Assembly: GCA_045646695.1 (NCBI GenBank)
Contig: JAZRLF010000088.1
Coordinates: 1,026-65,025 of the forward strand
Reading direction: 5' to 3'
Source of the DNA: Lachnospiraceae bacterium
GTDB lineage: Bacteria; Bacillota; Clostridia; Lachnospirales; Lachnospiraceae
Length of the DNA: 64,000 nt
Below, piece after piece: positions 39,562 to 49,099 of this stretch. Numbering within the stretch: position 1 is the stretch's first letter; every line of letters starts with the position of its first letter. A program made the translations under genes and the position numbers. Below the pieces are notes generated by a model. It searched no databases. It saw only the letters and a list, made by a program, of their open reading frames with translations, and was not told where the DNA came from.

Positions 39562-40440
39562 TTATTCAATGTTCTGAATCTGCTCACGCACCTTCTCAAT
39601 CTCTGTCTTAAGCTCAATGGCACAATTGGAAATCTCCAAATCGTTAGACTTTGACAATGTAGTATTGGCTTCTCTGTTCATCTCTTGAGCAATAAAATCT
39701 AACTTACGACCGATATCACCGCCCTGAAGCAAAGTAGCCTTGGTAGTAGCGATATGGCTCTTCAACCGGACAATCTCCTCATCCACACAAGCCTTATCAG
39801 CAAAAATAGTAACCTCTGTCAAAAGTCGTGCCTCATCTACCTTGGTGTCACCTAAAAGCTCCTTGACCTTGGCTTCAAGCTTCTCTCTGTACTCCTGTAC
39901 AATCTGTGGAGAGCGCTCTTCAATAAAAGCAACTCTTTTCAGCATTCCATCCAGTTTGTCAATCAAATCATTACGTAAATGCTCACCTTCTGTAATACGA
40001 GCTGCCAAAAACTGCTCTGCAGCCCCTTTAAAAGCCTGCTGCAATTCCTTCCAAAGTTCTTCCTCATCCGCAGCAGCCTCCTCCATGGTAAGCACCTCCG
40101 GATAACGGGACAAAGTAGAAACACGAATATCATTGTCCAGATGAAAATCCGCTGCCATCTGCTCTAAATGAGCCATATACTCGCTCGCAAGCTCCTTATT
40201 GTAACGAACCATAGCAGTATTTTCCGAAAAATCCTCCATGGAAATAAAAATATCTACCTTGCCTCTGGCAGCATATTTCTTCAGCTCACTTCTGATAGCA
40301 CTTTCAAACATATATAATTTCTTGGGCATCTTAATATTGACATCCAAATATCTGTGGTTTACGGATTTCATCTCCACCGTATACTTACGGTCTCCCTCCA
40401 TAATCTCACAGCGACCAAAGCCTGTCATACTCTTTATCAT
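39562..40440 (-). CDS. YicC family protein (endoribonuclease YloC/YicC type)
   Basis: MIKSMTGFGR..., SVNHRYLD, and C-terminal EMNREANT..SK; the start is at the family-typical MIKSMTG. Confidence 0.9.
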   Translation of the reverse strand: MIKSMTGFGRCEIMEGDRKYTVEMKSVNHRYLDVNIKMPKKLYMFESAIRSELKKYAARGKVDIFISMEDFSENTAMVRYNKELASEYMAHLEQMAADFHLDNDIRVSTLSRYPEVLTMEEAAADEEELWKELQQAFKGAAEQFLAARITEGEHLRNDLIDKLDGMLKRVAFIEERSPQIVQEYREKLEAKVKELLGDTKVDEARLLTEVTIFADKACVDEEIVRLKSHIATTKATLLQGGDIGRKLDFIAQEMNREANTTLSKSNDLEISNCAIELKTEIEKVREQIQNIE

Positions 40441-40587
40441 GCGGTACCTCTTCCCAGTATGCATAATTCTCCATACTTCTAATTAGTATAGTAAATTTAC
40501 GGGCAATAGTCAAGGAATTCTCAAAATAAACTTGTAATAGCTTTTTGAAATAAACTTGCTGCATTGATTGGAGCTAGACTTGCATCA

Positions 40588-40953
40588 TTATATTTTCCCA
40601 TACTGCAGTTGCGGATGCTGTCTGCGAAGCTCACTGTATAAATGCTCAGCTGCCTGCTTCACCCCGTCACCAATCCGGATTTCAATCACTTCCCCATCTT
40701 TTAATACTAACATCAGCTTTTCAATATCAAAATTTGCAGGACCACAGCACACCTTACTCTTCACTTCCTCCACTCTGCGATAGGCACGTTCAAGACTTTC
40801 TACAGCAACCACGTACCAATGAAAATTCTTCTTCCAGAAAATATGATGTACCCCCAGCTTCACGCATTCAATAGATACAGCCTGATCAAATTCCCGGTCT
40901 AATATATCATTTACTGCTCGATTATAGTAAAACTTTTTTATATCCTTTCTCAT
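40588..40953 (-). CDS. hypothetical protein
   Basis: 121-aa ORF with an upstream SD (AAAGGAGGAG). No family recognised. Confidence 0.45.
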   Translation of the reverse strand: MRKDIKKFYYNRAVNDILDREFDQAVSIECVKLGVHHIFWKKNFHWYVVAVESLERAYRRVEEVKSKVCCGPANFDIEKLMLVLKDGEVIEIRIGDGVKQAAEHLYSELRRQHPQLQYGKI

Positions 40954-41133
40954 TTCAATCTCCTCCTTTCGATAATAGTAATCATTACTATTTTATAATA
41001 AAATAACATGTTTTTAAAATAATTGCAATAATCTATCTAAATTTATTTCCAGTTTTTTACATATCGTTTATACACATGCTGCTTCTATATAAAACAATGT
41101 TTTCTAATCCTCCCAAAATTACATTTCAAGAAG

Positions 41134-41210
41134 TTTACAACTTGTAAAAAATCCATTGACAAATCAGTCTACAGTTTGTAAACTACATTTATAATCTACA
41201 TTTTGTAGAC
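41134..41210. promoter_or_regulatory. three TACA-N-TGTA type palindromes (BlaI/MecI/CopY-type operators) around the blaI-like promoter
   Basis: TTTACA-ACT-TGTAAA (41134-41148), an imperfect TCTACAGTTTGTAAAC (about 41168-41183) and a perfect TCTACA-TTT-TGTAGA (41196-41210). TTGACA is at 41156-41161. Confidence 0.55.
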
Positions 41211-41222
41211 AAGGAGGTTTCT

Positions 41223-41576
41223 ATGTCAGAATATAAATTAGGTGAAATTGAAATGAAATTTGCAGAACTTATCTGGAATTATGAACCAATCACATCCGGA
41301 GACCTTGCCAAACTATGTCTTTCAGAACTGAAGTGGAAAAGGTCTACTACTTATACTGTTTTAAGGAGATTATGTGATAAAGGGATATTTCAAAATAATC
41401 ATGGCACCGTATCTTCTCTACTTTCCAAGCAGCAATTTCAAGCCAAGAAAATAGAAGAACTGGTTGAAACAACCTTTGACGGCTGTCTTCCTGAATTTGT
41501 AGCCGCGTTTGTTTCACAAAAAAAGCTTTCAACAAAGGAAATCGAAGAACTAAAAAGAATTATTGACGAATGCTAG
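41223..41576 (+). CDS. BlaI/MecI/CopY family transcriptional repressor
   Basis: A 117-aa winged-helix protein with ...E..iM..iW......t...i.........W...Tv.T.L.RL..KG..., followed by a BlaR1-like membrane protein gene. Confidence 0.9.
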   Translation: MSEYKLGEIEMKFAELIWNYEPITSGDLAKLCLSELKWKRSTTYTVLRRLCDKGIFQNNHGTVSSLLSKQQFQAKKIEELVETTFDGCLPEFVAAFVSQKKLSTKEIEELKRIIDEC

Positions 41577-41597
41577 TTGATGCGAAGGGAGAATTTT

Positions 41598-42813
41598 ATG
41601 CAGAGCATTTATATTACAATTTTCAAGATGAGTTTACAAGGAAGTATCATTTTTTTATTCTCTTCCTCACACGTCTATTATTCCAAAAGCTACGTATTTC
41701 TCACAAATACATAGTAGGATTGTGGTTCATTCTATTTTTCTATTTAGCAGTTCCATGGAAAATCAATTTGCCGGTGGGATTTTGGAATCATGGACTCATA
41801 CACAGTCCTTTCACGGAATCTGTAAGCTCGAACATCTTGGATGGTCCAACCTATGATTACGCTGCAGAAACTGATTCTGCTGTATATCCTTCTGCAGCAG
41901 ATCATTATGATATATTAGGAAATGACACAGATTCTAATGAAAATAACCGTATTACAAATGAAAACAGTCTATACAACATATTTGAAACCTTGTTATCAAA
42001 AACCTGAGTCAGGAAGAAAAAAAACAATACGCCTACGCATTGCTGCAGGCAGCTTCCGGTACACTCCCCCATACCAAAAACATATTTACTGCTCCTGTTT
42101 GTTTTCAAGAAGGGGATGTAAAAGCTCGAATTAAAAACATATTAGAGCACAAATGCACCTTACCGGTTGTTGGTTTTCTTGTAACAGCTGTTGCTTTGAT
42201 CTTAGCACTTTTATTTTCAACCAGCACTGACACACAAGGTGAAACCATATCTGAAGCTTCAACAGAAAATGGAACCATATCTGAAGCTTCAACGGAAGAC
42301 GAAACCATATCCGAAGCTTCAACCGAAGAGGAAATAATCAGAGAAGAATTTAACGATCTTTTGGGATATAATGGATATTACGTTCTGGACAAAACCACAG
42401 TACCACCATGGCATACTTATTATTATGCAGTAGAGGGAGAAGAAACATTTCTGATTGCCACAAGCTGGGGGCTAGAACGAGACGACCATATAGTTGATAT
42501 TGATGGTGACGGTGTACAGGAGCTTATTTGTAATGTGGTATATGGAGATGGCGGTCAAGATACGCTCATTTACCGCAGACAGGGAACTCAGACTTTACGC
42601 GGTTCTACAAAAGATATGTTAGATGAACCATATGACAATATACATTTTATGAGCATACTCTCAATTTACATTCCCGAAGAAAATATAGTGGAAATCTCTT
42701 ACTACAGAGTAGATTTAAATGATATGTTGAGAAAAAAATATAAAATTGATTTTGAGAAAATTACTTATTGGGAAGAGGTGTATCCCGAGCCATTTGATTC
42801 TATGCAGGAATAA
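41598..42813 (+). pseudogene. BlaR1-like membrane sensor gene lacking the M56 HEXXH core and split over three frames at two homopolymer tracts
   Basis: ATG 41598 gives MQSIYITIFKMSLQGSII.., a typical BlaR1 N-terminus, and stops at 41712. One extra T in the T7 run (41650-41656) would join it to frame 2 (..FFILFLTRLLFQKLRISHKYIVGLWFILFFYLAVPW..). One extra A in the A5 run (41996-42000) would join that to the 42040..42813 ORF (..EEKKQYAYALLQAAS..RIKNILEHK.., TM segment, extracellular domain). No HEXXH occurs in any frame. Confidence 0.5.
42241..42330 (+). repeat. three in-frame 30-bp tandem repeats (ETISEASTEx) in the extracellular linker of the BlaR1-like ORF
   Basis: The units 42241-42270, 42271-42300 and 42301-42330 are nearly identical. 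Confidence 0.9.
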
Positions 42814-42964
42814 TAGGATATGCTCCTCCTCTCTGCCGCCTTCGCCTTTTATACCCCGACTACTTTCTTCTAGGATTACCCAGACTACTTTTCTTCCGGG
42901 ATTACTTGTCTCATTCTTAAATATATGTTAAAATACCATACAAATCGTTTCAAGGAGAACCATC

Positions 42965-44704
42965 ATGGCATTTGACGGAATTACCATAGCCTGCCTTACT
43001 AAGGAGCTTTCCGACAAGCTCACAGGCGGACGTATTTACAAAATTGCACAGCCGGAAACGGACGAATTATTGCTCACCATAAAGAATAACGGCACCCAGT
43101 ACAGACTTATGCTCAGCGCCAGCGCAAGTCTGCCTTTGGCATACCTGACAGAAGCCAATAAGCCAAGTCCTTTGACTGCGCCAAACTTTTGCATGCTGTT
43201 ACGCAAACATATCCAGAACGGACGTATTGTGAGTATTTCCCAGCCGGGTCTGGAGCGTATTATCCGCATAGAAGTAGAGCACCTAGACGAACTGGGTGAT
43301 TTACGCCATAAGACTTTAGTTGTAGAGTTGATGGGTAAGCACAGCAATATTATTTTCGTCAATGAAGATGCCATGATTTTGGACAGTATCAAACATATTT
43401 CCGGGCTGGTTTCCAGCGTCCGTGAGGTACTGCCGGGCCGTCAGTATTTTATTGCAGAGACACAGGAAAAAGTAAATCCCCTTACCACGCCTGCCATGGA
43501 CCTGCCTCAGTTGCTTTCTGCCAAACCATTGCCTGTTTTCAAGGCACTATACACCACCTTCACAGGCTTTAGTCCGATTATGGCTCAGGAGCTTTGTCAC
43601 AGAGCCGGTGTGGACGGAGATATGCCTACTGCCGGTTTAAGCGATTCTGATTATTCGAGACTTTCTGCTTTCTTTACTGCTATGATGGAAGATATCAAGC
43701 AGGGAGCTTTTCATCCGGTTATCGCCTACAAAGGGGAAGAACCTGCTGATTTTGGTGTTTTCCCATTTACTATTTATCCCGAGGATGCCCAGAAAAAATT
43801 TGACTCTGTTTCTACCCTTCTGCAGGAATATTATGCTGAGAAAAACACCCTCACCCGCATCCGCCAGAAATCAGTGGACCTGCGCAAAATCGTACAGACT
43901 GCATTAGAGCGTAATGTCAAAAAATACGACCTGCAGCTTCAGCAGATGAAGGACACTGAGAAAAAAGACAAATTCCGCATTTACGGTGAATTGATTACAG
44001 CTTACGGTTACGGCGTAGAGCAAGGAGCCAAGTCCTTTGAAGCATTAAATTATTATAATAACGAAATGCTAAAAATCCCGTTAGATCCTACCATCCCGGT
44101 TATGGACAATGCCAAAAAATATTTTGACAAGTACGCCAAGCTGAAACGTACCTACGAAGCACTTAGTACCCTCACTGAAGAGGTAAAAGCTGAAATCGAA
44201 CATTTGGAGTCTATCGCTACTGCCCTTGACATGGCCGTAAAAGAAGAAGATTTAACAGAAATCAAGGAAGAATTGGTACAGACCGGCTACATCAAGCGTC
44301 ACGGTGCTCAGCAAAAAAAGGCCAAAATTACCAGCAAACCATACCACTATGTAAGCAGTGACGGTTATGATATTTATGTTGGCAAGAATAATCTGCAAAA
44401 TGACTATATTACTTTCCAGCTGGCTACCGGCAATGATTGGTGGTTCCACGCCAAAGGTGTGCCCGGATCCCACGTACTGGTCCGTACCAATGGTGAAACA
44501 GACATGCCGGACCGCACCTTTGAAGAAGCCGGTCGGTTGGCTGCCTACTACAGCAAAAACCGGGGCCAGGACAAGGTGGAAATCGACTACATCCAGAAAA
44601 AGCACGTAAAAAAACCCGGCAGTGCAAAACCGGGCTTTGTGGTGTATTACACCAATTATTCTCTGATAATCGATTCTGATATATCGGGGATTCAGGAAAT
44701 TTAA
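42965..44704 (+). CDS. rqcH: ribosome quality control protein RqcH (NFACT / FbpA family)
   Basis: MAFDGITIACLTKELSDKLTGGRIYKIAQPETDELLLTIK (NFACT-N), a coiled coil, and a C-terminal NFACT-R with DWWFHAKGVPGSHV. Confidence 0.9.
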   Translation: MAFDGITIACLTKELSDKLTGGRIYKIAQPETDELLLTIKNNGTQYRLMLSASASLPLAYLTEANKPSPLTAPNFCMLLRKHIQNGRIVSISQPGLERIIRIEVEHLDELGDLRHKTLVVELMGKHSNIIFVNEDAMILDSIKHISGLVSSVREVLPGRQYFIAETQEKVNPLTTPAMDLPQLLSAKPLPVFKALYTTFTGFSPIMAQELCHRAGVDGDMPTAGLSDSDYSRLSAFFTAMMEDIKQGAFHPVIAYKGEEPADFGVFPFTIYPEDAQKKFDSVSTLLQEYYAEKNTLTRIRQKSVDLRKIVQTALERNVKKYDLQLQQMKDTEKKDKFRIYGELITAYGYGVEQGAKSFEALNYYNNEMLKIPLDPTIPVMDNAKKYFDKYAKLKRTYEALSTLTEEVKAEIEHLESIATALDMAVKEEDLTEIKEELVQTGYIKRHGAQQKKAKITSKPYHYVSSDGYDIYVGKNNLQNDYITFQLATGNDWWFHAKGVPGSHVLVRTNGETDMPDRTFEEAGRLAAYYSKNRGQDKVEIDYIQKKHVKKPGSAKPGFVVYYTNYSLIIDSDISGIQEI

Positions 44705-44813
44705 TATAGGCGTTTTCCTTCAGATGTCTTCAGTCAGTCGCTTTCATTCAGGCACTTTGATTCATGTAGCTTCATTCCGGCATCAATCAGAAGTCTTGCA
44801 GACTTTTTGCCTA

Positions 44814-45602
44814 TTACCGCAGCTGCACAAATTCACGTGGAGAACAGCCATACTGCTTTTTAAAACTGCTTGAAAAGGCAGAGCTTGACAAAAATCCGCA
44901 GTTTTCTGCGATTTCACCAATGGAAATACCGGCTTTTAACATAGAAACCGCAATATCCAGACGGTAATTTTTAATATATTGATAAGGAGTCATGCCTGTC
45001 TCCTTCAAAAATAATCTGGTATATTGATTTTTGGACAAGTGAGCTCTTCCTGCCAGCTTCTGCACCGACAGATCGCCGAAATAATTTGTCTGGATGTACC
45101 GGATACTGTCTCGTATCTGAGTATTTGGCAGCTTCTTGCCCGGAAAAAGTTCATCTACATCACACAAAAATGACTCCAAAAGCAAACTCACTCTATCATG
45201 ATACTGGTAAAAGTTTTCACTGTTAGGTCGATATGAAATGTTAGTAATATGTTTGTCTTTCAAAAAACACAAAAATGCATCCAGGTCCGCTTTTAAAATC
45301 GTACCTTCCTTTGGAAATATCTCTATAAGCTTATCATGAGCAACCGAACGAGCACCCGAATAATCAATATAAGCATGATAAAAGTTATCATCCTCTAAAA
45401 AAAACGTTACATCTGAAGAATGGCTGATAACATACAGATGGTTTTTGATAAAATAATGCTTTTGCTGATTCCGGATGTATCCCGCTCCCTCTCTCACTAT
45501 GTAATATATTCTGTCCACAAAAGCAGTCTGATTCATCATATGCGCCCAATTTGACGGTGCTAAGGACAATCCGCACCCTAATATATTTACCCCTGTTTTC
45601 AT
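44814..45602 (-). CDS. AraC family transcriptional regulator
   Basis: C-terminal double HTH (..LSVQKLAGRAHLSKNQYTRLFLKETGMTPYQYIKNYRLDIAVSML....IGEIAENCGF.SSSAFSSSFKKQYGCSPREF). Confidence 0.85.
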   Translation of the reverse strand: MKTGVNILGCGLSLAPSNWAHMMNQTAFVDRIYYIVREGAGYIRNQQKHYFIKNHLYVISHSSDVTFFLEDDNFYHAYIDYSGARSVAHDKLIEIFPKEGTILKADLDAFLCFLKDKHITNISYRPNSENFYQYHDRVSLLLESFLCDVDELFPGKKLPNTQIRDSIRYIQTNYFGDLSVQKLAGRAHLSKNQYTRLFLKETGMTPYQYIKNYRLDIAVSMLKAGISIGEIAENCGFLSSSAFSSSFKKQYGCSPREFVQLR

Positions 45603-45730
45603 CCCTGAACCTCTTCTTTATTTTCTTAACTATATCCCCTTTTCACACCTCTGTCAATTTAAAAACTATATCAAATGGTGCTTTTGATAAAATTATGTGT
45701 TTCAATGATTATTTCTTTATACCTGAAATT

Positions 45731-45773
45731 TGATATAATGTATATAGAATTTGTACAGCACACGTGCAGTACA
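45731..45773 (+). promoter_or_regulatory. extended -10 promoter plus 22-bp imperfect palindrome upstream of the fucosidase gene
   Basis: TGaTATAAT (45731-45739), then TGTACAGCAC-AC-GTGCAGTACA (45752-45773), with 9 of 10 arm positions complementary. Confidence 0.3.
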
Positions 45774-45874
45774 AAGACAATATTCAAAACACTCCGGTGA
45801 TTGCAAAACTCTCCGCAGTCAGCCACAGAGCTTCACAAGCACCTATCTAAACTACATATTAAAGGAGACACAAA

Positions 45875-47107
45875 ATGAGTATACCAACACCAAAAAAGTA
45901 TATTGCGGACTTTGAAAAAATGGGCTTTGGCATGTTTGTTCATTGGGGACTTTACGCACAGTTAGGCAGAGGCGAATGGGTATTTCACCAAGAGAATATG
46001 AATATGGATGAATATGAAAAGCTTGCTGATACCTTTACTGCCGAGGACTTTGATGCTGAGGAGTTAGTATTAACTGCCAAATCAGCAGGCTGTAAATACA
46101 TCGTACTTACCACCAGACATCACGAGGGATTTTCCCTTTATGACACCTGCGGACTCAGTGATTTTGATGCTTTACACACTCCATGCGGCAGAGATTTGAT
46201 CAGAGAATATGTAGATGCCTGCAATAAGCACGGCATTGTACCTTTCTTCTACCACACTACCCTTGATTGGCACCACAAGGATTTTAACGATAATTTTGAC
46301 GCTTACCTAGACTATCTGCATGCAAGCGTAGAAATCCTTTGCAAAAATTACGGCAAAATCGGAGGCCTTTGGTTCGACGGTAACTGGTCTGGACCGGATG
46401 CAGACTGGAAGGAAGACCGTCTTTACAAGATCATCAGAAAATACCAGCCGGAAGCTATGATCATCAATAATACCGGATTAGACGCCAGAGGCGCTGTAGG
46501 CAATCTTGAGATTGACTCCGTTACCTTTGAACGTGGCAGACCGACTCCTATGAACCGGGAAGGTATGGAAAAATACATTGCTGCCGAAATGTGTCAGACT
46601 GTAAATGATCACTGGGCTATCGGCGAGTATGACTTAAATTATAAGTCTCCTGCTGAGCTCATAACAGACCTTTGCCACTGTCGCAAGATCGGTGCTAATC
46701 TCCTGCTAAATATCGGACCATTAGCACAAGGCGGTGTTGATCCGTACCAGAGAGAATTATTAAAATTAATCGGCAGATGGATTACTAAATTTGGGGAAGC
46801 GATTTATGAAGGCAAGCCTTACGAAGCTTATTCCGCCGGCGATAATTTTATTTTAAAGGGTGATGGCAAATTATATCTTTTCTGTGTTCACCCGGGTCAC
46901 ATAGGCAATGCCCATGTAACTGTAGAAGGCAGCTATAACGGCAGCTACGCTTTTGACTGTGTAAAGGACACCATCAAAAATATTGCATGGATGGACAATA
47001 ATGAACAGCTTAATTTTATGCAGCAAGGTGAAATGCTTACGGTAGACTTTACCGGACAGAAATACGGCACTTCTTATTGTGTGCGCGTAGCTGTTGCAGA
47101 GATTTAA
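45875..47107 (+). CDS. alpha-L-fucosidase (GH29)
   Basis: FGMFVHWGLYAQLGRGEW, KYIVLTTRHHEGF and WFDG motifs typical of GH29. Confidence 0.9.
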   Translation: MSIPTPKKYIADFEKMGFGMFVHWGLYAQLGRGEWVFHQENMNMDEYEKLADTFTAEDFDAEELVLTAKSAGCKYIVLTTRHHEGFSLYDTCGLSDFDALHTPCGRDLIREYVDACNKHGIVPFFYHTTLDWHHKDFNDNFDAYLDYLHASVEILCKNYGKIGGLWFDGNWSGPDADWKEDRLYKIIRKYQPEAMIINNTGLDARGAVGNLEIDSVTFERGRPTPMNREGMEKYIAAEMCQTVNDHWAIGEYDLNYKSPAELITDLCHCRKIGANLLLNIGPLAQGGVDPYQRELLKLIGRWITKFGEAIYEGKPYEAYSAGDNFILKGDGKLYLFCVHPGHIGNAHVTVEGSYNGSYAFDCVKDTIKNIAWMDNNEQLNFMQQGEMLTVDFTGQKYGTSYCVRVAVAEI

Positions 47108-47117
47108 GAATTTTTTA

Positions 47118-47155
47118 AGGGCTCACCCACTGTATAACAGTGTATGAGCCCTTTT
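47118..47155 (+). terminator. intrinsic terminator after the fucosidase gene
   Basis: GGGCTCA-cc-CACTGT-ata-ACAGTG-ta-TGAGCCC followed by TTTT. Confidence 0.65.
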
Positions 47156-47172
47156 CATATCTATTATTTCCA

Positions 47173-47371
47173 GGTGTTTTTGAAGTTCAAGGCTTAGGCC
47201 TGAGCAATATATGTTCTGGCTGAAGGGCCTTGAAACTCGCCAGTCCTTAGCGAAAGAAGGCTGAAAGCCGCACTTGAGCTTAGTACTGCTGCAGAGTTTC
47301 ATGGAGCGGGAGCGTCCATGAAGCAGAACATATATTGCTCCGGCCCAAGCCTTGAACTTCATAAACATCAC
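47173..47371. repeat. ~199-nt rod-like imperfect palindrome (family B, copy 1)
   Basis: The 37-nt arms 47182-47218 and 47324-47360 are complementary with 2 mismatches. The core shares about 85% identity by eye with 55021-55150. Confidence 0.85.
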
Positions 47372-47374
47372 CCA

Positions 47375-48997
47375 TTACTTCCGCAATCCAACCTTCCGTA
47401 AAATCGGCTTGAGCGCCCCGCCCTTAGGTATATGATCCAAGGTCTCTTCTGTAATGCCTCCGCACACAATCATAGCAATCACATACACTGCCACAGCCAA
47501 AACTACTGCAATTCCAAGGGCTATGATATTCACCGGTACAACCAGACAAATCACTGTATAAACCAAATAAGCAGCACAGCCCATAACCAGGGAACTGATA
47601 AGGGGTTTTATAAATACAGTCATCAAATGTATACGGCATCCCAGCTCCTTACGCACCGCTAATTGATTCAGCAGACTCATAAGCGCCGCATACACAATAA
47701 AAGCGATAGGCAGCGCATAAATGCCCAGCTTTGTACCCAGGAGTAAAGCTACTACCACCACTGTCTGCGCTGCTAACGCAATGGCAGCATTAATCACCGG
47801 CTTATTTACCTTTCCGATGCCCTGTAAAATACCATTGGACACGGTAGAAAGGGAATAAAACGCAATAGAAAACGTCATCATACGCAACAAAATTACAGCC
47901 ATCTGCATATCCTCAGGCTTCGCAAAGCTAAAAAGCAGATTCAAAATCGGCTCTGCCAGCGCAAACATGCCTACCGCCGCCGGAATGGCAAAAAGCATAG
48001 TAGTCTGCACTGCCACCTCTACCTGCTCTCCTGCTGCCTTGCGGCCTTCTTTTACAAAGGCTCCGGATACTACCGGAATCAGTGCTGCACTCATAGCAGA
48101 AGCAAGGGCTACCGGCACATCACTTAATAGAACAGCCTTTCCGGAGTAAATACCAAATATAGAATAACTCTGCTGCTCCGTCAATCCGTAATGAGACATG
48201 GCAATATTAGTAAATAAATTGTTATTCAGTGTAATATTAAAATTGTAAATAAAGGTACTGAGAATAATCGGTGTTACAATACACAGCATGGACTTAAAAA
48301 TCTCACCATAGCTGTCCTGCACAGAAGTCTTGTCACGCTCTAAGCGTCTTCCAATCATCTTGCGATTGATACTGTAAGCCCACAGCATCACAAGCAATGC
48401 AGTAACCACCCCTGCCAGAGTGCCCAATGCACTACCAATGGCTCCGTACTCCGGAGACTGATATATCTGCATAAAAAGGTATGCCGCCCCAACACTGACC
48501 AATGCATTTAATATTTGCTCAAATATCTGAGAAACGCTGGTCTGTACCATGCTTTTATGGGCCTGAAAAAAGCCTCGAAGCACACCAAGAAATCCATATA
48601 TCAGTATGGTTGGTGCAAAGGCACGCAAAACAAGAGCCGCCTTCCCTTCTAACAGCAGGTCTGCCCCAAAGAATAAAAATAAACTGGCTAGTAATCCCAC
48701 GCTTCCCACATACACAAGGGCGCAATAAAAGATGCGCTGTGCATTTTTGTATTCACGCTGTTCCAACTTCCCTGCCATCAACTTCGATATGGCTGACGGT
48801 ATGCTATAGGACGCTAACAGCAACACAATGGTATATATATTGTAGGCAGTAGAATAATATCCATTGCCTTCATCTGTCAAAATATTGGCAAGAGGTACAC
48901 GATATATCAGCCCAATAAGGCGGCAGACAATACCTGCCGCCGCCAAAATACCCGCTTGCATTACAAATTCATTGTTACTTTTCCGATTTGTACTCAT
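47375..48997 (-). CDS. MOP-superfamily flippase (polysaccharide biosynthesis protein; YtgP/SpoVB/MurJ-like)
   Basis: 540 aa and about 14 TM helices, with an N-terminus ..FVMQAGILAAAGIVCRLIGLIYRVPLANIL.DEGNGYY typical of this family. Confidence 0.8.
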   Translation of the reverse strand: MSTNRKSNNEFVMQAGILAAAGIVCRLIGLIYRVPLANILTDEGNGYYSTAYNIYTIVLLLASYSIPSAISKLMAGKLEQREYKNAQRIFYCALVYVGSVGLLASLFLFFGADLLLEGKAALVLRAFAPTILIYGFLGVLRGFFQAHKSMVQTSVSQIFEQILNALVSVGAAYLFMQIYQSPEYGAIGSALGTLAGVVTALLVMLWAYSINRKMIGRRLERDKTSVQDSYGEIFKSMLCIVTPIILSTFIYNFNITLNNNLFTNIAMSHYGLTEQQSYSIFGIYSGKAVLLSDVPVALASAMSAALIPVVSGAFVKEGRKAAGEQVEVAVQTTMLFAIPAAVGMFALAEPILNLLFSFAKPEDMQMAVILLRMMTFSIAFYSLSTVSNGILQGIGKVNKPVINAAIALAAQTVVVVALLLGTKLGIYALPIAFIVYAALMSLLNQLAVRKELGCRIHLMTVFIKPLISSLVMGCAAYLVYTVICLVVPVNIIALGIAVVLAVAVYVIAMIVCGGITEETLDHIPKGGALKPILRKVGLRK

Positions 48998-49099
48998 GAT
49001 TTTTCCTGAATTCTTTTCTTATTCAGATTCGGTCCCTAGCCTAACCTTATCCGGCTTCTGCCCGAATGCTTTTTATCTGGATTTTGTTTGGATATTTTA

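Noticed and set aside
47123-47371. 82-aa minus-strand ORF (MMFMKFKAWAG...) between the fucosidase and flippase genes
   Set aside because: It lies entirely inside the family B palindromic repeat and the fucosidase terminator. It has no SD, and the equivalent region of copy 2 (54986-55185) does not keep the reading frame. It is judged an artefact of the repeat.
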